Positions 41,412-50,859 are shown, counted from the first letter of the stretch. The stretch is DNA of 64,000 bases from an uncultured Sulfurovum sp. (GCA_902727855.1 CACVAS010000058.1:45029-109028); one strand, 5' to 3'. The notes: generated from the letters alone by a model not told the origin. Numbers and translations are program-made.

Positions 41412-41717
41412 CTACCAATATTTTAAAAGGCTTCTTACACTACCCACTGCAGAAGCTGTACTTCTTACAGCAGACGCATTTTCATGTATACCGTCTGTTG
41501 TTTGACGACGTTTCATATTTTCTAAACGTACTTCATCTGCAGCCAATGCTTGCTGACGTCTATATTGTCTAGCTTCAGCCCTTGTAATTTGAGCACCAGC
41601 AGCACCTCTATTTTGGTTAAGATAAGCTGAGTCTTGACCTGCTGTTTTAGGTGTCGTACACCCTTGTACTAAAGCAAATGTCATAACACTTACTGTAAAT
41701 AATGTAACTTTTTTCAT
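41412..41717 (-). CDS. small lipoprotein
   Basis: Lipobox VQGC; AAGGGG upstream. Confidence 0.7.
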   Translation of the reverse strand: MKKVTLFTVSVMTFALVQGCTTPKTAGQDSAYLNQNRGAAGAQITRAEARQYRRQQALAADEVRLENMKRRQTTDGIHENASAVRSTASAVGSVRSLLKYW

Positions 41718-41780
41718 ATGTTTTCCCCTTTAAAGTTAATGATACATTTTTATTATATCTAGTAGAACTTTAGCATTTCT

Positions 41781-42212
41781 TTAAAGGTAAAATACACATG
41801 CATCATCTACATTGTAGTCAAAACTACCATCACCATAGGTTGAACTTACACCAAACAATGCACACTCATAAGGTATGTCTCCCTTACCGTCATGTGTATA
41901 ATCAACAATACGCACAACATCATCAAAACTATCACCATACACACCATCTAGTCCATCAAAGTCAAAGAGACAATTGTCTGGTGGCAAGAATGTAAATTCA
42001 CCATTATTAAGTGTCGTTTCCCATCTTGTCATAGAGTCACATTTATAGGGTATGCCTCCATAAGAGTACCCATTTTCATCTACTAAAAAAAGCGTTACTA
42101 GTTCATCATTATGATGTTTATTATTACTACCACCACAACCACTCAAACCAAAGACAGTGGCTATTGCCAACACCATAAAAATCATCTTTTTATTCATCAT
42201 AAATCCTTTCAT
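41781..42212 (-). CDS. lipoprotein with two internal repeats
   Basis: Lipobox LSGC-GG; GIPYKC...GEF...NCLF and DIPYEC...GSF...ACVF. Confidence 0.72.
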   Translation of the reverse strand: MKGFMMNKKMIFMVLAIATVFGLSGCGGSNNKHHNDELVTLFLVDENGYSYGGIPYKCDSMTRWETTLNNGEFTFLPPDNCLFDFDGLDGVYGDSFDDVVRIVDYTHDGKGDIPYECALFGVSSTYGDGSFDYNVDDACVFYL

Positions 42213-42262
42213 ATATTCTACATAGTATAGTACAATTGTGTACTATTTGTGGGCTATTGCTC

Positions 42263-42760
42263 TTACTTAAAATTACCAAATACCAATGGTGCCTTTAAGT
42301 CAAGCGTTTTTACTTCAGCCATCACCGCTTGTAAATCATCTATCTTTTTACCTGAAACCCTTACTTCATCACCTTGTATGGATGGGGTTACTTTTATCTT
42401 CATTGCTTTTATGGCTTTGACTATCTGTTTTGCTTCATCTTTGTCTATGGTATCTACAATGCGGTAAATCACTTTTGTGTTACCCCCACTTATACCCTCT
42501 GTCTTCACTTCTTCCAGTGCTTTACCTGCGATGCCACGCTTCACAAGCTTTGAGATAAGTATATCTTTAAGTGCTTCAATCTTAGAATCAGACGAAGATG
42601 AAAGACTCACAACCTTACCTTGCTCATTTAAATTGAACTCTGCTGTTAAGCCTTTAAAGTCAAAACGATTTGCAACCTCTTTCTCTGCCATAATAAGCGC
42701 ATTTTTCATCTCCATCATGTCTAACTTTGCAGTGATGTCGAAATAGTGATCTTTTGCCAT
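42263..42760 (-). CDS. yajQ: YajQ-family nucleotide/c-di-GMP-binding protein
   Basis: FDITAKLD, NRFDFKG, IQGDEVRVSGKKIDDLQ. Confidence 0.95.
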   Translation of the reverse strand: MAKDHYFDITAKLDMMEMKNALIMAEKEVANRFDFKGLTAEFNLNEQGKVVSLSSSSDSKIEALKDILISKLVKRGIAGKALEEVKTEGISGGNTKVIYRIVDTIDKDEAKQIVKAIKAMKIKVTPSIQGDEVRVSGKKIDDLQAVMAEVKTLDLKAPLVFGNFK

Positions 42761-42777
42761 TTTAATTTCCTTTTATT

Positions 42778-43164
42778 TTACTTCTCGCATTTTTTCATTA
42801 CGTCTTTATCAAAACTTATTTTACCATAGCCTTCAAGTTTACTTTTTGTACAGATTAGTGCATCTACAAAATCTATATTTTTATCACAGAATATGGTTAA
42901 TGCTTCTAATAAAATATATTTATCATGATTGACTACACCCCGTAGTGACAATATCTCTTTTAAAGATGCAACTGTCACATCTTTAAGTTCCCTGTAGCCT
43001 CTCTTCATAACAAATAAAACTTCCACAATAACTTCACCAAGTATTTCTACTTTTAACTCATTATTGTAAATTTTATTGAATATCTCTACACTCTCAAGGT
43101 GTAACTTTTCAACATCAGCTGCTAAAAACCGAATGATGACATTAGTATCAATCAGTGAAACCAT
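42778..43164 (-). CDS. PIN-domain toxin (VapC-like)
   Basis: LIDTNVIIR, E, DFVDAL, SFD acidic PIN motifs. Confidence 0.9.
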   Translation of the reverse strand: MVSLIDTNVIIRFLAADVEKLHLESVEIFNKIYNNELKVEILGEVIVEVLFVMKRGYRELKDVTVASLKEILSLRGVVNHDKYILLEALTIFCDKNIDFVDALICTKSKLEGYGKISFDKDVMKKCEK

Positions 43165-43420
43165 ATTTTTCCTTCATGGCTTCCATAATTGCATCTTCTT
43201 TTGCAGCCTCTAAGTCTTCTATAACGATACCTCTATTTTTGGCTCTAGCTAGAGCCTCAGCAGACATCTGCTCTACAATGTTAGGCTTAGTTGTTTCTCC
43301 TATAGGATAAACTACCGCTACTTCTTTATTTTTATACTTGTCAATAATGGTCAATGCTTCAGTAAGATTGGTTAATATCCCCATATTTTTCTGTAGTTCA
43401 CCTATGCCAATAGTTTGCAT
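43148..43420 (-). CDS. putative antitoxin
   Basis: Small ORF overlapping the PIN gene start; Phd-like N-terminus (MQTIGIGELQKN). Confidence 0.7.
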   Translation of the reverse strand: MQTIGIGELQKNMGILTNLTEALTIIDKYKNKEVAVVYPIGETTKPNIVEQMSAEALARAKNRGIVIEDLEAAKEDAIMEAMKEKYGFTD

Positions 43421-43448
43421 TTGGAGTCCTTTTATATAAACTTTATTT

Positions 43449-43478
43449 CATAATATATAAATAGGATGGGTTTGTCAA
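43449..43478 (-). promoter_or_regulatory. sigma70 promoter of the VapBC-like pair
   Basis: TTGACA-17 nt-TATTAT on the minus strand. Confidence 0.65.
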
Positions 43479-43515
43479 ATTTTAAACTATTTTTCAATGA
43501 GCTTCTACTGGCAAA

Positions 43516-43547
43516 GCAGTGATATCGAAATAGTGATCTTTTGCCAT
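43516..43547 (-). pseudogene. duplicated 5' fragment of yajQ
   Basis: 31/32 identical to 42729-42760; encodes MAKDHYFDITA then diverges. Confidence 0.9.
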
Positions 43548-43874
43548 TTAGTTTTCCTTTTTATATTCGTTAACTATCATATCTATTGCTTCATCTGCTA
43601 TATTTTCCATCTCACTTTTGGAGTATATATCTACTAAAAATATTTCATCATCAACCATAGAATAGGTAATAATCCTATATCCTGCACTTTTCCCCTTATT
43701 GTTGTCACTATTTTTAATACGTACTTTATATAACCCCTCCGCTAACTTTGAGCCTTGCTTGGGACTATCATCTAAACTATCTAAAAAAGATTGTATATCT
43801 TTCTTTAAACTCTTATAATGTTTAGATAACCTCTTTGCACTCTTTTTAAAAGTGGGTGAGTACAGTACATCCAC
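43548..43874 (-). CDS. RelE/HigB-superfamily toxin
   Basis: FKKSAKRLSKHY, LYKVRI, KGKSAGYRIITY, IYSKSE. Confidence 0.88.
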   Translation of the reverse strand: MDVLYSPTFKKSAKRLSKHYKSLKKDIQSFLDSLDDSPKQGSKLAEGLYKVRIKNSDNNKGKSAGYRIITYSMVDDEIFLVDIYSKSEMENIADEAIDMIVNEYKKEN

Positions 43875-44170
43875 TAGAGTTCATCCCACAGTGTGTCAAT
43901 TGGGTATGCTTTCTTTTTACCTGCTTTTATAAGTTCAAGTTCGTCAAGTGAAGATGTTATGCGACTTTTAAGTTCAGAATACTCCTGAAAAGCCAAAGCA
44001 TCTCGCATCTTTTCATACTCATCTTTAGAAACCAATACAGCTTCTATACGGTTGTTCTTTAGTACTGCAAACTTGTCTACACTATGGTCTTTTATCTTTG
44101 CTAAGTACGAACCAAACTTCTTTGCAAACTCCGAAGAAGGTATTAGCTCATCATTTTCATAGGCTACCAT
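43874..44170 (-). CDS. Phd/YefM-like antitoxin
   Basis: SSEFAKKFG, AVLKNNRIEAVLVSKDEYE; abuts the toxin. Confidence 0.82.
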   Translation of the reverse strand: MVAYENDELIPSSEFAKKFGSYLAKIKDHSVDKFAVLKNNRIEAVLVSKDEYEKMRDALAFQEYSELKSRITSSLDELELIKAGKKKAYPIDTLWDEL

Positions 44171-44184
44171 AGAAACCTCCTTTT

Positions 44185-44200
44185 ACGGAATATATTCCGT
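44185..44200. promoter_or_regulatory. palindromic operator candidate of the RelE-type TA
   Basis: Perfect palindrome ACGGAATATATTCCGT between a minus-strand TGCTATAAT and the AGGAGG RBS. Confidence 0.65.
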
Positions 44201-44224
44201 GTTATTCTGTGTATTATAGCATAC

Positions 44225-44398
44225 TTATAAATTAGAATTCTTTTTAATTACAACATTACCATCAAAATCTGTATAATCTAATACTAACTCTTCTCTGTCA
44301 TACATCTCTTGTACTTTATCTATAGCTTCTTCTATTGAGTCAGTATTTACTGAAATAACTCGTGACAATACTTCCCTAATTTCAATATCAATCTTCAT
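44225..44398 (-). CDS. DpnD/PcfM-like small protein, 57 aa, absent from the ORF track
   Basis: Hand translation MKIDIEIREVLSRVISVNTDSIEEAIDKVQEMYDREELVLDYTDFDGNVVIKKNSNL; starts 6 nt after the DpnI stop. Confidence 0.7.
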   Translation of the reverse strand: MKIDIEIREVLSRVISVNTDSIEEAIDKVQEMYDREELVLDYTDFDGNVVIKKNSNL

Positions 44399-44404
44399 AA
44401 TTTC

Positions 44405-45172
44405 TCACTTTAACTTATATTTACCACGACCTACAAAATCAAGATAATTTTTGTCCCTCAATATTTGCAGTTGTTGTCTTATTTTAGCTTGAATATTATT
44501 ATTTTCAGGATATTTAATTTTTAGATACTTTTCAAAAGTATATATTTCATATAATGAAAAGTTTTTCACTTCTAACATTTCAATACATTTAATGATATCC
44601 AATAGCCAACCTTTAGCGTGCAAATTAGAAAAGTCACTTAAAAATGCTGTTTTATTCCATTCTTCAAGTATTTCGTCTTTACTTTGGATATTGTTATTTT
44701 TTACGTAAAATACTTTACCACTATCTGGAATAGTGTCTAGTAATATATTACATCCAATCCAACCTGCTCTTTGTGCTGTGACCGATAAAGGTTTTCTTTT
44801 TTCTATTATTTCAGGAATAAAAAAATGTTTAGGGATTACAACAAAGTTTTTTATACCATAAGTACTTTTATCATAATTTAAAAAAAAGAAGTTCGGGTTT
44901 GAATTACTTTGAAGTCGCTCAATCATTGTGCTATACGCACCATCAACTATCTTTTTACCCATAGTATCTTTTTTACTTTTAAGTTCATAATCCGCACTAC
45001 ATTCTGAACAGTAAAAATCAGCTACTGGTTTATTGTTTTTATAGTTTTCTAAAGATTTTCCGCAAGATGGGCAAAAAATATACTTAGCTACCCATGTTTC
45101 TGTTAGGACCCTTATTTTTTGAGAATTACTATTATACTCATCTGCTAATGGTGAATATAAATTTAAGTGCAT
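44405..45172 (-). CDS. DpnI-family (Dam-replacing domain) methyl-directed restriction endonuclease
   Basis: SNSQKIRVLTETW, CPSCG, NNKPVADFYCSEC, ELKSK, DGAY, RAGWIGCNI; C-terminal winged helix KIRQQLQILRD. Confidence 0.93.
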   Translation of the reverse strand: MHLNLYSPLADEYNSNSQKIRVLTETWVAKYIFCPSCGKSLENYKNNKPVADFYCSECSADYELKSKKDTMGKKIVDGAYSTMIERLQSNSNPNFFFLNYDKSTYGIKNFVVIPKHFFIPEIIEKRKPLSVTAQRAGWIGCNILLDTIPDSGKVFYVKNNNIQSKDEILEEWNKTAFLSDFSNLHAKGWLLDIIKCIEMLEVKNFSLYEIYTFEKYLKIKYPENNNIQAKIRQQLQILRDKNYLDFVGRGKYKLK

Positions 45173-45175
45173 TTT

Positions 45176-45259
45176 TTACTTTTCAATCCTCATCATCCCT
45201 ATACGCAATATAAAGTTTACCAAGTGGCGTCATAGCTTCTTGCATTTCACTCTTTTTAT
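45176..45259 (-). pseudogene. degenerate duplicate of the hom 3' end
   Basis: Reads KSEMQEAMTPLGKL...MMRIEK* with a frameshift, versus hom ESEMQEAITALGKL...MMRIEK*. Confidence 0.85.
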
Positions 45260-45394
45260 ACTCAATATTTTACCCTAAACATCTAAAACCCACACAGTAG
45301 CAAACAACAATGATACGATTAAAAAAATTATTCATATCATAATTGATAAGATAAATTTGACTATTTGTATCATATTGGCTACAATCATAACATT

Positions 45395-46537
45395 ATGAAA
45401 ACACAAACTACAACAACACAATGGATTTGGCACGACAGCCAGTACCCTCACTTTACGTATGATAGAGATATGCTAGACCCACTCATGCAAAAAATTACCC
45501 TAGCTCAAGGGGAACTCATAGCCTACCTAAGTGTGATGGATGCACACAACATTAAACAAACGCAACTCAATGCTATGGAAAATGAGATAATGTCAAGTTG
45601 TGCCATTGAAGGAGAGATACTCAACAGAGATAGTGTTCGTTCGTCCATTCAAGAAAAGCTTGGGCTCAAAGAGAGTAAGCATTATAGAAGTGCCATCAAA
45701 GAAGACAACTATGTAGACGTGCTCATAGATGCAAATACAAACTATGCAGAAGCGTTATCCTTAGAAAAAATATTTGTTTGGCATCATGCCATGTTTGAAA
45801 AATCAAATCACTTACATAAAATAAACATAGCCTCTTTTAGAGATGAAGGACTTATGCAAGTAGTATCTGGTGCTATAGGTAGAGAAAAAATATACTATGA
45901 AGCACCACCTAGAGATGGCCTTGAGCTAGAAATGGATGCATTTATAACATGGTATAACCATACACCAGCTTCACTCATAAAAGCAGCCATTACACACTTA
46001 TGGTTTGTCATTATCCACCCACTAGATGATGGCAATGGAAGGATAGCTAGAGCTCTTACAGACATGGTACTCTCAGAGATGGAAAGTTCACAACTATCTA
46101 AACTCTATAGCATGTCAAAAAGTATCAATGATGGTAGAAAGCACTACTATAGTGCTTTGGAGCAAACTACAGGTTATGTTAAAAAGGAAAACCATACAGA
46201 TATAACCTTATGGTGTACATGGTTTTTTGAGACACTTTATGCAGCGCTTTTGGAGGCACAAGAGTCATTAACCTATGTGATAGACAAAACAAAATTTTGG
46301 GACGTTCATCGAGATAGTCATCTCAATGCGAGACAAACAAAAGTTATCAATAAAATATTAGACATGGGTAGAGAAAATTTTAAAGGTGGACTTAGTAGAA
46401 AAAAATATATTATCATAGCAGACACAACATCTGCTACTGCATCACGAGATATAGCAGATTTACTGAGAAAACAATGTATCAAACATGTAGTTTGTACAAA
46501 GGGTAGAAATGTAAGATACGAGATAATTATCTCATAA
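45395..46537 (+). CDS. Fic-family protein with DUF4172-like N-terminus and C-terminal HTH
   Basis: WIWH...YPHFTYD; Fic motif HPLDDGNGRIAR; SATASRDIADL; TTGACT-17-TACAAT upstream. Confidence 0.92.
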   Translation: MKTQTTTTQWIWHDSQYPHFTYDRDMLDPLMQKITLAQGELIAYLSVMDAHNIKQTQLNAMENEIMSSCAIEGEILNRDSVRSSIQEKLGLKESKHYRSAIKEDNYVDVLIDANTNYAEALSLEKIFVWHHAMFEKSNHLHKINIASFRDEGLMQVVSGAIGREKIYYEAPPRDGLELEMDAFITWYNHTPASLIKAAITHLWFVIIHPLDDGNGRIARALTDMVLSEMESSQLSKLYSMSKSINDGRKHYYSALEQTTGYVKKENHTDITLWCTWFFETLYAALLEAQESLTYVIDKTKFWDVHRDSHLNARQTKVINKILDMGRENFKGGLSRKKYIIIADTTSATASRDIADLLRKQCIKHVVCTKGRNVRYEIIIS

Positions 46538-46550
46538 AATAAACCTTACC

Positions 46551-47813
46551 TTACTTCTCTATCCTCATCATAGCTATCTCACCATAAACAACATCTAGTT
46601 TACCAAGTGCTGTGATGGCCTCTTGCATTTCACTCTCTTTACATTTGTGTGTTGTAAAAAGAAGTTTTGCTCTCTCTTCGACAATAGATGGTTTTTGCAA
46701 CATAGCTTCTATAGAGATGCCAAACTTACCTAACTCTGTGGTAATAGTAGCGAGTACACCACTTTGGTCATCGACTTCTAGGCGTAAGTAATACTGAGTA
46801 GATATTTCTTCTTTAGGTAGCAGGGTAAGTCCAGACTCTAAACCTTTTTTGTACCCAAGCATAGGACCTTGGTTACCACGTACAATGTCTACAATGTCAG
46901 AGATGACAGCTGACGCCGTAGCATCTCCACCAGCTCCAGGACCATAATACATCGTCTCACCTACACGGTCTCCTATGACAGTTACTGCATTCATGACGCC
47001 ATCTACTTTGGCTATCATAGAGTCTGCTGGTATCATGGTTGCGTGTACACGTAACTCCACAGCATTACCAACCTTTTTAGCGATACCTAAAGACTTTATT
47101 TCATAGCCAAACTCTTTAGCAAAGTCTACATCGGTACTTGTGATGTTTTCTATACCTTCGATAAGTATATCTTCTGGTTTAGCATCTATACCGTAAGCTA
47201 TACTTGCTAAAATAAGTAGCTTATGAGAAGCATCGAACCCACCCACATCAAACGTTGGGTCAGCTTCTGCATAGCCTAACTCTTGAGACTCTTTTAGTAT
47301 CTCATCGTATTGTGCACCATTGTTTATCATGTTGGTAAGCATGTAGTTACATGTACCATTCATGATACCTTGGATGGACTCTATGTGGTTTGCCGAAAGA
47401 CCTGTTCGCAACGCACCGATGATAGGTATACCTCCAGCAGTACTTGCTTCATACATCAGTGGAATGTCCCCAGCTATCTCTTGGAGTTCATAACGGTGAT
47501 AAGCTAGGAGTGCTTTGTTGGCTGTCACTACTGACTTACCATTTTCAAGTGCTTTTTTGACTAAAGCATAAGGCTCATCTACTCCACCCATGAGTTCTAC
47601 AACAATGTCTATCTCTGGGTCATCTACTACATCTAGTGGGTTGTCAGATATTTTGAGGTTTACACCTCTGTCTTTAGCGAGGTTTTTAACCACACCCGAC
47701 TTTGCGACTATCTTTTTACCTGCACGTGCTTCTATGATGTCTGCATTTTCTTCAAGTATCTTGGCTACACTTGTACCTACGGTACCTACACCAAGTATTC
47801 CTATTTTAACCAT
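46551..47813 (-). CDS. hom: homoserine dehydrogenase with ACT domain
   Basis: GILGVGTVG, VVTANK, GIMNGTCNY, GYAEADPTFDVGG, GPGAGG. Confidence 0.97.
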   Translation of the reverse strand: MVKIGILGVGTVGTSVAKILEENADIIEARAGKKIVAKSGVVKNLAKDRGVNLKISDNPLDVVDDPEIDIVVELMGGVDEPYALVKKALENGKSVVTANKALLAYHRYELQEIAGDIPLMYEASTAGGIPIIGALRTGLSANHIESIQGIMNGTCNYMLTNMINNGAQYDEILKESQELGYAEADPTFDVGGFDASHKLLILASIAYGIDAKPEDILIEGIENITSTDVDFAKEFGYEIKSLGIAKKVGNAVELRVHATMIPADSMIAKVDGVMNAVTVIGDRVGETMYYGPGAGGDATASAVISDIVDIVRGNQGPMLGYKKGLESGLTLLPKEEISTQYYLRLEVDDQSGVLATITTELGKFGISIEAMLQKPSIVEERAKLLFTTHKCKESEMQEAITALGKLDVVYGEIAMMRIEK

Positions 47814-49041
47814 TTTTAGTATTCTCCTCTTCCACTTTCTTGAGGAATTTTCTAATGTTTTTTGCTGCTTGACGGATACGTTTTTCATTCTCTATCAGTG
47901 CAATACGTACATACTCATCACCATACTTCCCAAAACCAATACCAGGGCTGACTGCGACACCAGCTTCTACAAGTAATCTTTTGGCAAACTCCATACTTCC
48001 CATGTGCAGACAACTCTGAGGAATCTTACCCCATATAAACATAGAGGCATTGGGTTTACCCATTTTCCATCCAGCATTACTAAAGGACTCTAGCATAACG
48101 TCACGTCTTACTTGATAGCGAGGGATTATCTGTTCATCTGGCACATAATGATGCTCATCAAGTGCGACTGTTGCAGCGACTTGTATAGGTGTAAACATAC
48201 CATAGTCAAGCCAAGACTTGATACTTTGAAGTGCGCCTATGAGCTTTTTATTGCCCACCATAAACCCTACTCTCCATCCTGCCATGTTGTATGACTTTGA
48301 GAGTGTATAGGCTTCTACTGCTACATCTTTTGCACCTTCTACCTCCATGATAGAAGGTGTTTTATAGCCGTCAAAAGTGATATCTGCATACGCAATATCT
48401 GAAATAATATAAAAACGTTTCTCTTTTGCAAGGGCTACAAGTCTGGTGTAAAACTCTGGTGTTACTGTGGCTGTACTTGGATTATGTGGGAAATTTACTA
48501 CCAAGAATTTAGCCTTTGGTATAGAGTTATCTAAGTGGTCTTCCACATCTGATAAAAACTTATCTTCATCTACTTCAAAGGTCTCTTCATTAAAAGTAAG
48601 TGCCATTTTTTCAACATTTGCACCAGCCAAAATAAATGCCTGTGAGTGTATAGGATATGTAGGGTCAGGAACAATGGCTACATCTCCTGGGTTGGAAATA
48701 GCTTGTACTAAATGGACATACCCTTCTTTAGAACCCATGGTTGCAACAATTTCACTGTCTGGGTCTAAAGTCACATTATACTTGCGCTTATACCAATTAG
48801 CCATTGCTAAACGAAGTTTATAAATACCCTTACTTGCACTGTATCCATGTGTTTTTGGCTTCATTGCCGTTTCACACAGTTTATCGATGATGGGTTGTGG
48901 TGTAGAAGCATCTGGGTTCCCCATAGAAAAATCTATGATATCTTCACCCTTTCTTCTCAATTCCATTTTAAGATCGTTAATCTCTGCGAAGAGATATTTT
49001 GGTAATCTATTTATCTTGTCAAATTGAATTTCATCAAACAT
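47806..49041 (-). CDS. class I/II PLP aminotransferase (LL-DAP/AlaC-like)
   Basis: SMGNPD, GSKEG, NFPHNP, DIAY, TLSKSYNMAGWRVG. Confidence 0.9.
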   Translation of the reverse strand: MFDEIQFDKINRLPKYLFAEINDLKMELRRKGEDIIDFSMGNPDASTPQPIIDKLCETAMKPKTHGYSASKGIYKLRLAMANWYKRKYNVTLDPDSEIVATMGSKEGYVHLVQAISNPGDVAIVPDPTYPIHSQAFILAGANVEKMALTFNEETFEVDEDKFLSDVEDHLDNSIPKAKFLVVNFPHNPSTATVTPEFYTRLVALAKEKRFYIISDIAYADITFDGYKTPSIMEVEGAKDVAVEAYTLSKSYNMAGWRVGFMVGNKKLIGALQSIKSWLDYGMFTPIQVAATVALDEHHYVPDEQIIPRYQVRRDVMLESFSNAGWKMGKPNASMFIWGKIPQSCLHMGSMEFAKRLLVEAGVAVSPGIGFGKYGDEYVRIALIENEKRIRQAAKNIRKFLKKVEEENTKNG

Positions 49042-49068
49042 ATTGCACTCTCTTTTTGTTTATATACT

Positions 49069-50172
49069 TTACCATTTTCTCCAACCACCTTGCTTCACAT
49101 ACTCACGCTTGCTTAATGGTGTAATGCCATCTTGAGTCACTTTAAAATAGTGTTCTCTCCCATTATTATAGGTCTTTGTTTCATCATTATATTTCATAGA
49201 AAACGCTGCTGCAGAAGTTGCAATAAGCCAACGTTTGTTATTGCTTACGTCTATTTCATACTGATCTGATATAGAGAAATGATCCCTTTTTTTAGTGGAC
49301 ATATTGACCATACCAAACCATAATCTTCTTTTAGGTTTAAGCACTACCTTTTTTGTTTTTTTAGGAGTGACAGTTTTTGGGCTAGCCGTAACCTTTACTT
49401 CAGGTGTAGGGGTAGTCGTTGCTGTAGGACTAGGTTTAGGCGTAACAGTTGCGTCAACTTTCTTATCTGTGACTATTGTGGTATTGGTAGCATTAGCTAC
49501 TACAGTATCATCATTTGAAGTTACAGTATTTACCTCACTTGGCTCATTAGCACTAGAGCCTACAACAATCACATTGTTTTCTTCAATTATTTCTGTATTA
49601 AATGTGGTTGTTGTTTCTTTTTCATTTATATCTACATCCTCATCGTCAGTACTGTCAATACCCACTGATCTTAAAACACTTTTTATGCTCAAGCCATCAT
49701 TCTCATCAGACTCTTTTTCAGTATTTGTTGTTTTATTTTGTTCATCACTACTTACATTAGTATCTAGGTGCAACTCATTGGACTGATTCGATTCATTGAA
49801 TGAAAGCATGTTTCCTAAAGTATTTTGACTAAACTGTGAAAAGAAATACCATGATGCGTACGCGAACAAGGCAAAGATGACAAAGAAAAACCATTTTGAA
49901 TTCCCCTTTTTCTTATCCTCTAAGGGTAGTCCTACACTTACACTGGCAGTACTACTTTTGTTTGTCTCATAGTATGCTATTGCAGTCTTTTTCAAAGGCT
50001 TTAAGTCAATATCATACTCACGCTCAATAATCGAAATAAACCCTAATGCTTTTGGTCTAGTCAAATTTGAAAAATCTTCCGCAATCATATATTCTAAATT
50101 ATTTTCTGATATATTGGTTGTTTCACTTATAGTTCTTAAACTATATTTTTCAACAATATCACTTAACTGCAT
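49069..50172 (-). CDS. RodZ-like bitopic membrane protein
   Basis: N-terminal HTH-like region, single TM, low-complexity T/P linker, C-terminal beta domain. Confidence 0.6.
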   Translation of the reverse strand: MQLSDIVEKYSLRTISETTNISENNLEYMIAEDFSNLTRPKALGFISIIEREYDIDLKPLKKTAIAYYETNKSSTASVSVGLPLEDKKKGNSKWFFFVIFALFAYASWYFFSQFSQNTLGNMLSFNESNQSNELHLDTNVSSDEQNKTTNTEKESDENDGLSIKSVLRSVGIDSTDDEDVDINEKETTTTFNTEIIEENNVIVVGSSANEPSEVNTVTSNDDTVVANATNTTIVTDKKVDATVTPKPSPTATTTPTPEVKVTASPKTVTPKKTKKVVLKPKRRLWFGMVNMSTKKRDHFSISDQYEIDVSNNKRWLIATSAAAFSMKYNDETKTYNNGREHYFKVTQDGITPLSKREYVKQGGWRKW

Positions 50173-50845
50173 ATCCCATCCTATGTATTAATATTCCTGC
50201 TGCAACACTCACATTAAGTGAGTCAAATGCGTGCTTCATCTCTATTGAAACCAAGTTGTCTACTTTATTGGCTACCTTTTTTGATAAACCTTTACCCTCT
50301 GAGCCTAAGACCAAAATACGTTTTTTATCAAAAGTCATATTTTGTACATTTTCACCATCCATGGAGGCTCCATAGATTTTAAACCCTAGCTGCCCTAGTT
50401 CATTAAAATTATCCAAAATATTTTTTGAAATCATCAAAGGCATATCGAGTAAAGTGCCAGAGCTTGTACGTGCTATGGCTGCAAAGTTTAACTGCTTCAC
50501 ACCTGTAGCAATGATGGCATCTGCACCCAGTGCATATGCAGAACGTACGATCGCTCCTATGTTACCCACATCTGTTAAACCATCTAGCACAACAATAAAA
50601 TTATGTTGTTTGACTATACTAAACGCTGCTTCTTGATAGGCATCCATCTCAACAAGTAAGCCTTGGTGGTTACCACCTTTGGCCATTGACTGTGCCCATT
50701 TCTCTTCAAGAAATTTAATATTGTCATGGTATTGATGAAACAATGACTGTGGCAAAATGTTTTTTTTTGCGATATAAACTGTTTTTATTTTTTCTGAATG
50801 ATGCTTAAGCGCATGTAGACAGACTTGCTTTCCATAGATAATCAT
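50159..50845 (-). CDS. rlmB: 23S rRNA Gm2251 methyltransferase (TrmH family)
   Basis: HQG, LDGLTDVGNIGAIVRSA, GSEGKG, SLNVSVA. Confidence 0.92.
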   Translation of the reverse strand: MIIYGKQVCLHALKHHSEKIKTVYIAKKNILPQSLFHQYHDNIKFLEEKWAQSMAKGGNHQGLLVEMDAYQEAAFSIVKQHNFIVVLDGLTDVGNIGAIVRSAYALGADAIIATGVKQLNFAAIARTSSGTLLDMPLMISKNILDNFNELGQLGFKIYGASMDGENVQNMTFDKKRILVLGSEGKGLSKKVANKVDNLVSIEMKHAFDSLNVSVAAGILIHRMGYAVK

Positions 50846-50859
50846 AAAAAAGATTTTAT

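Noticed and set aside
42778-46537. Integron cassette array or prophage remnant
   Set aside because: No integrase, attC-like sites or phage genes; the boundaries are duplicated core-gene ends.
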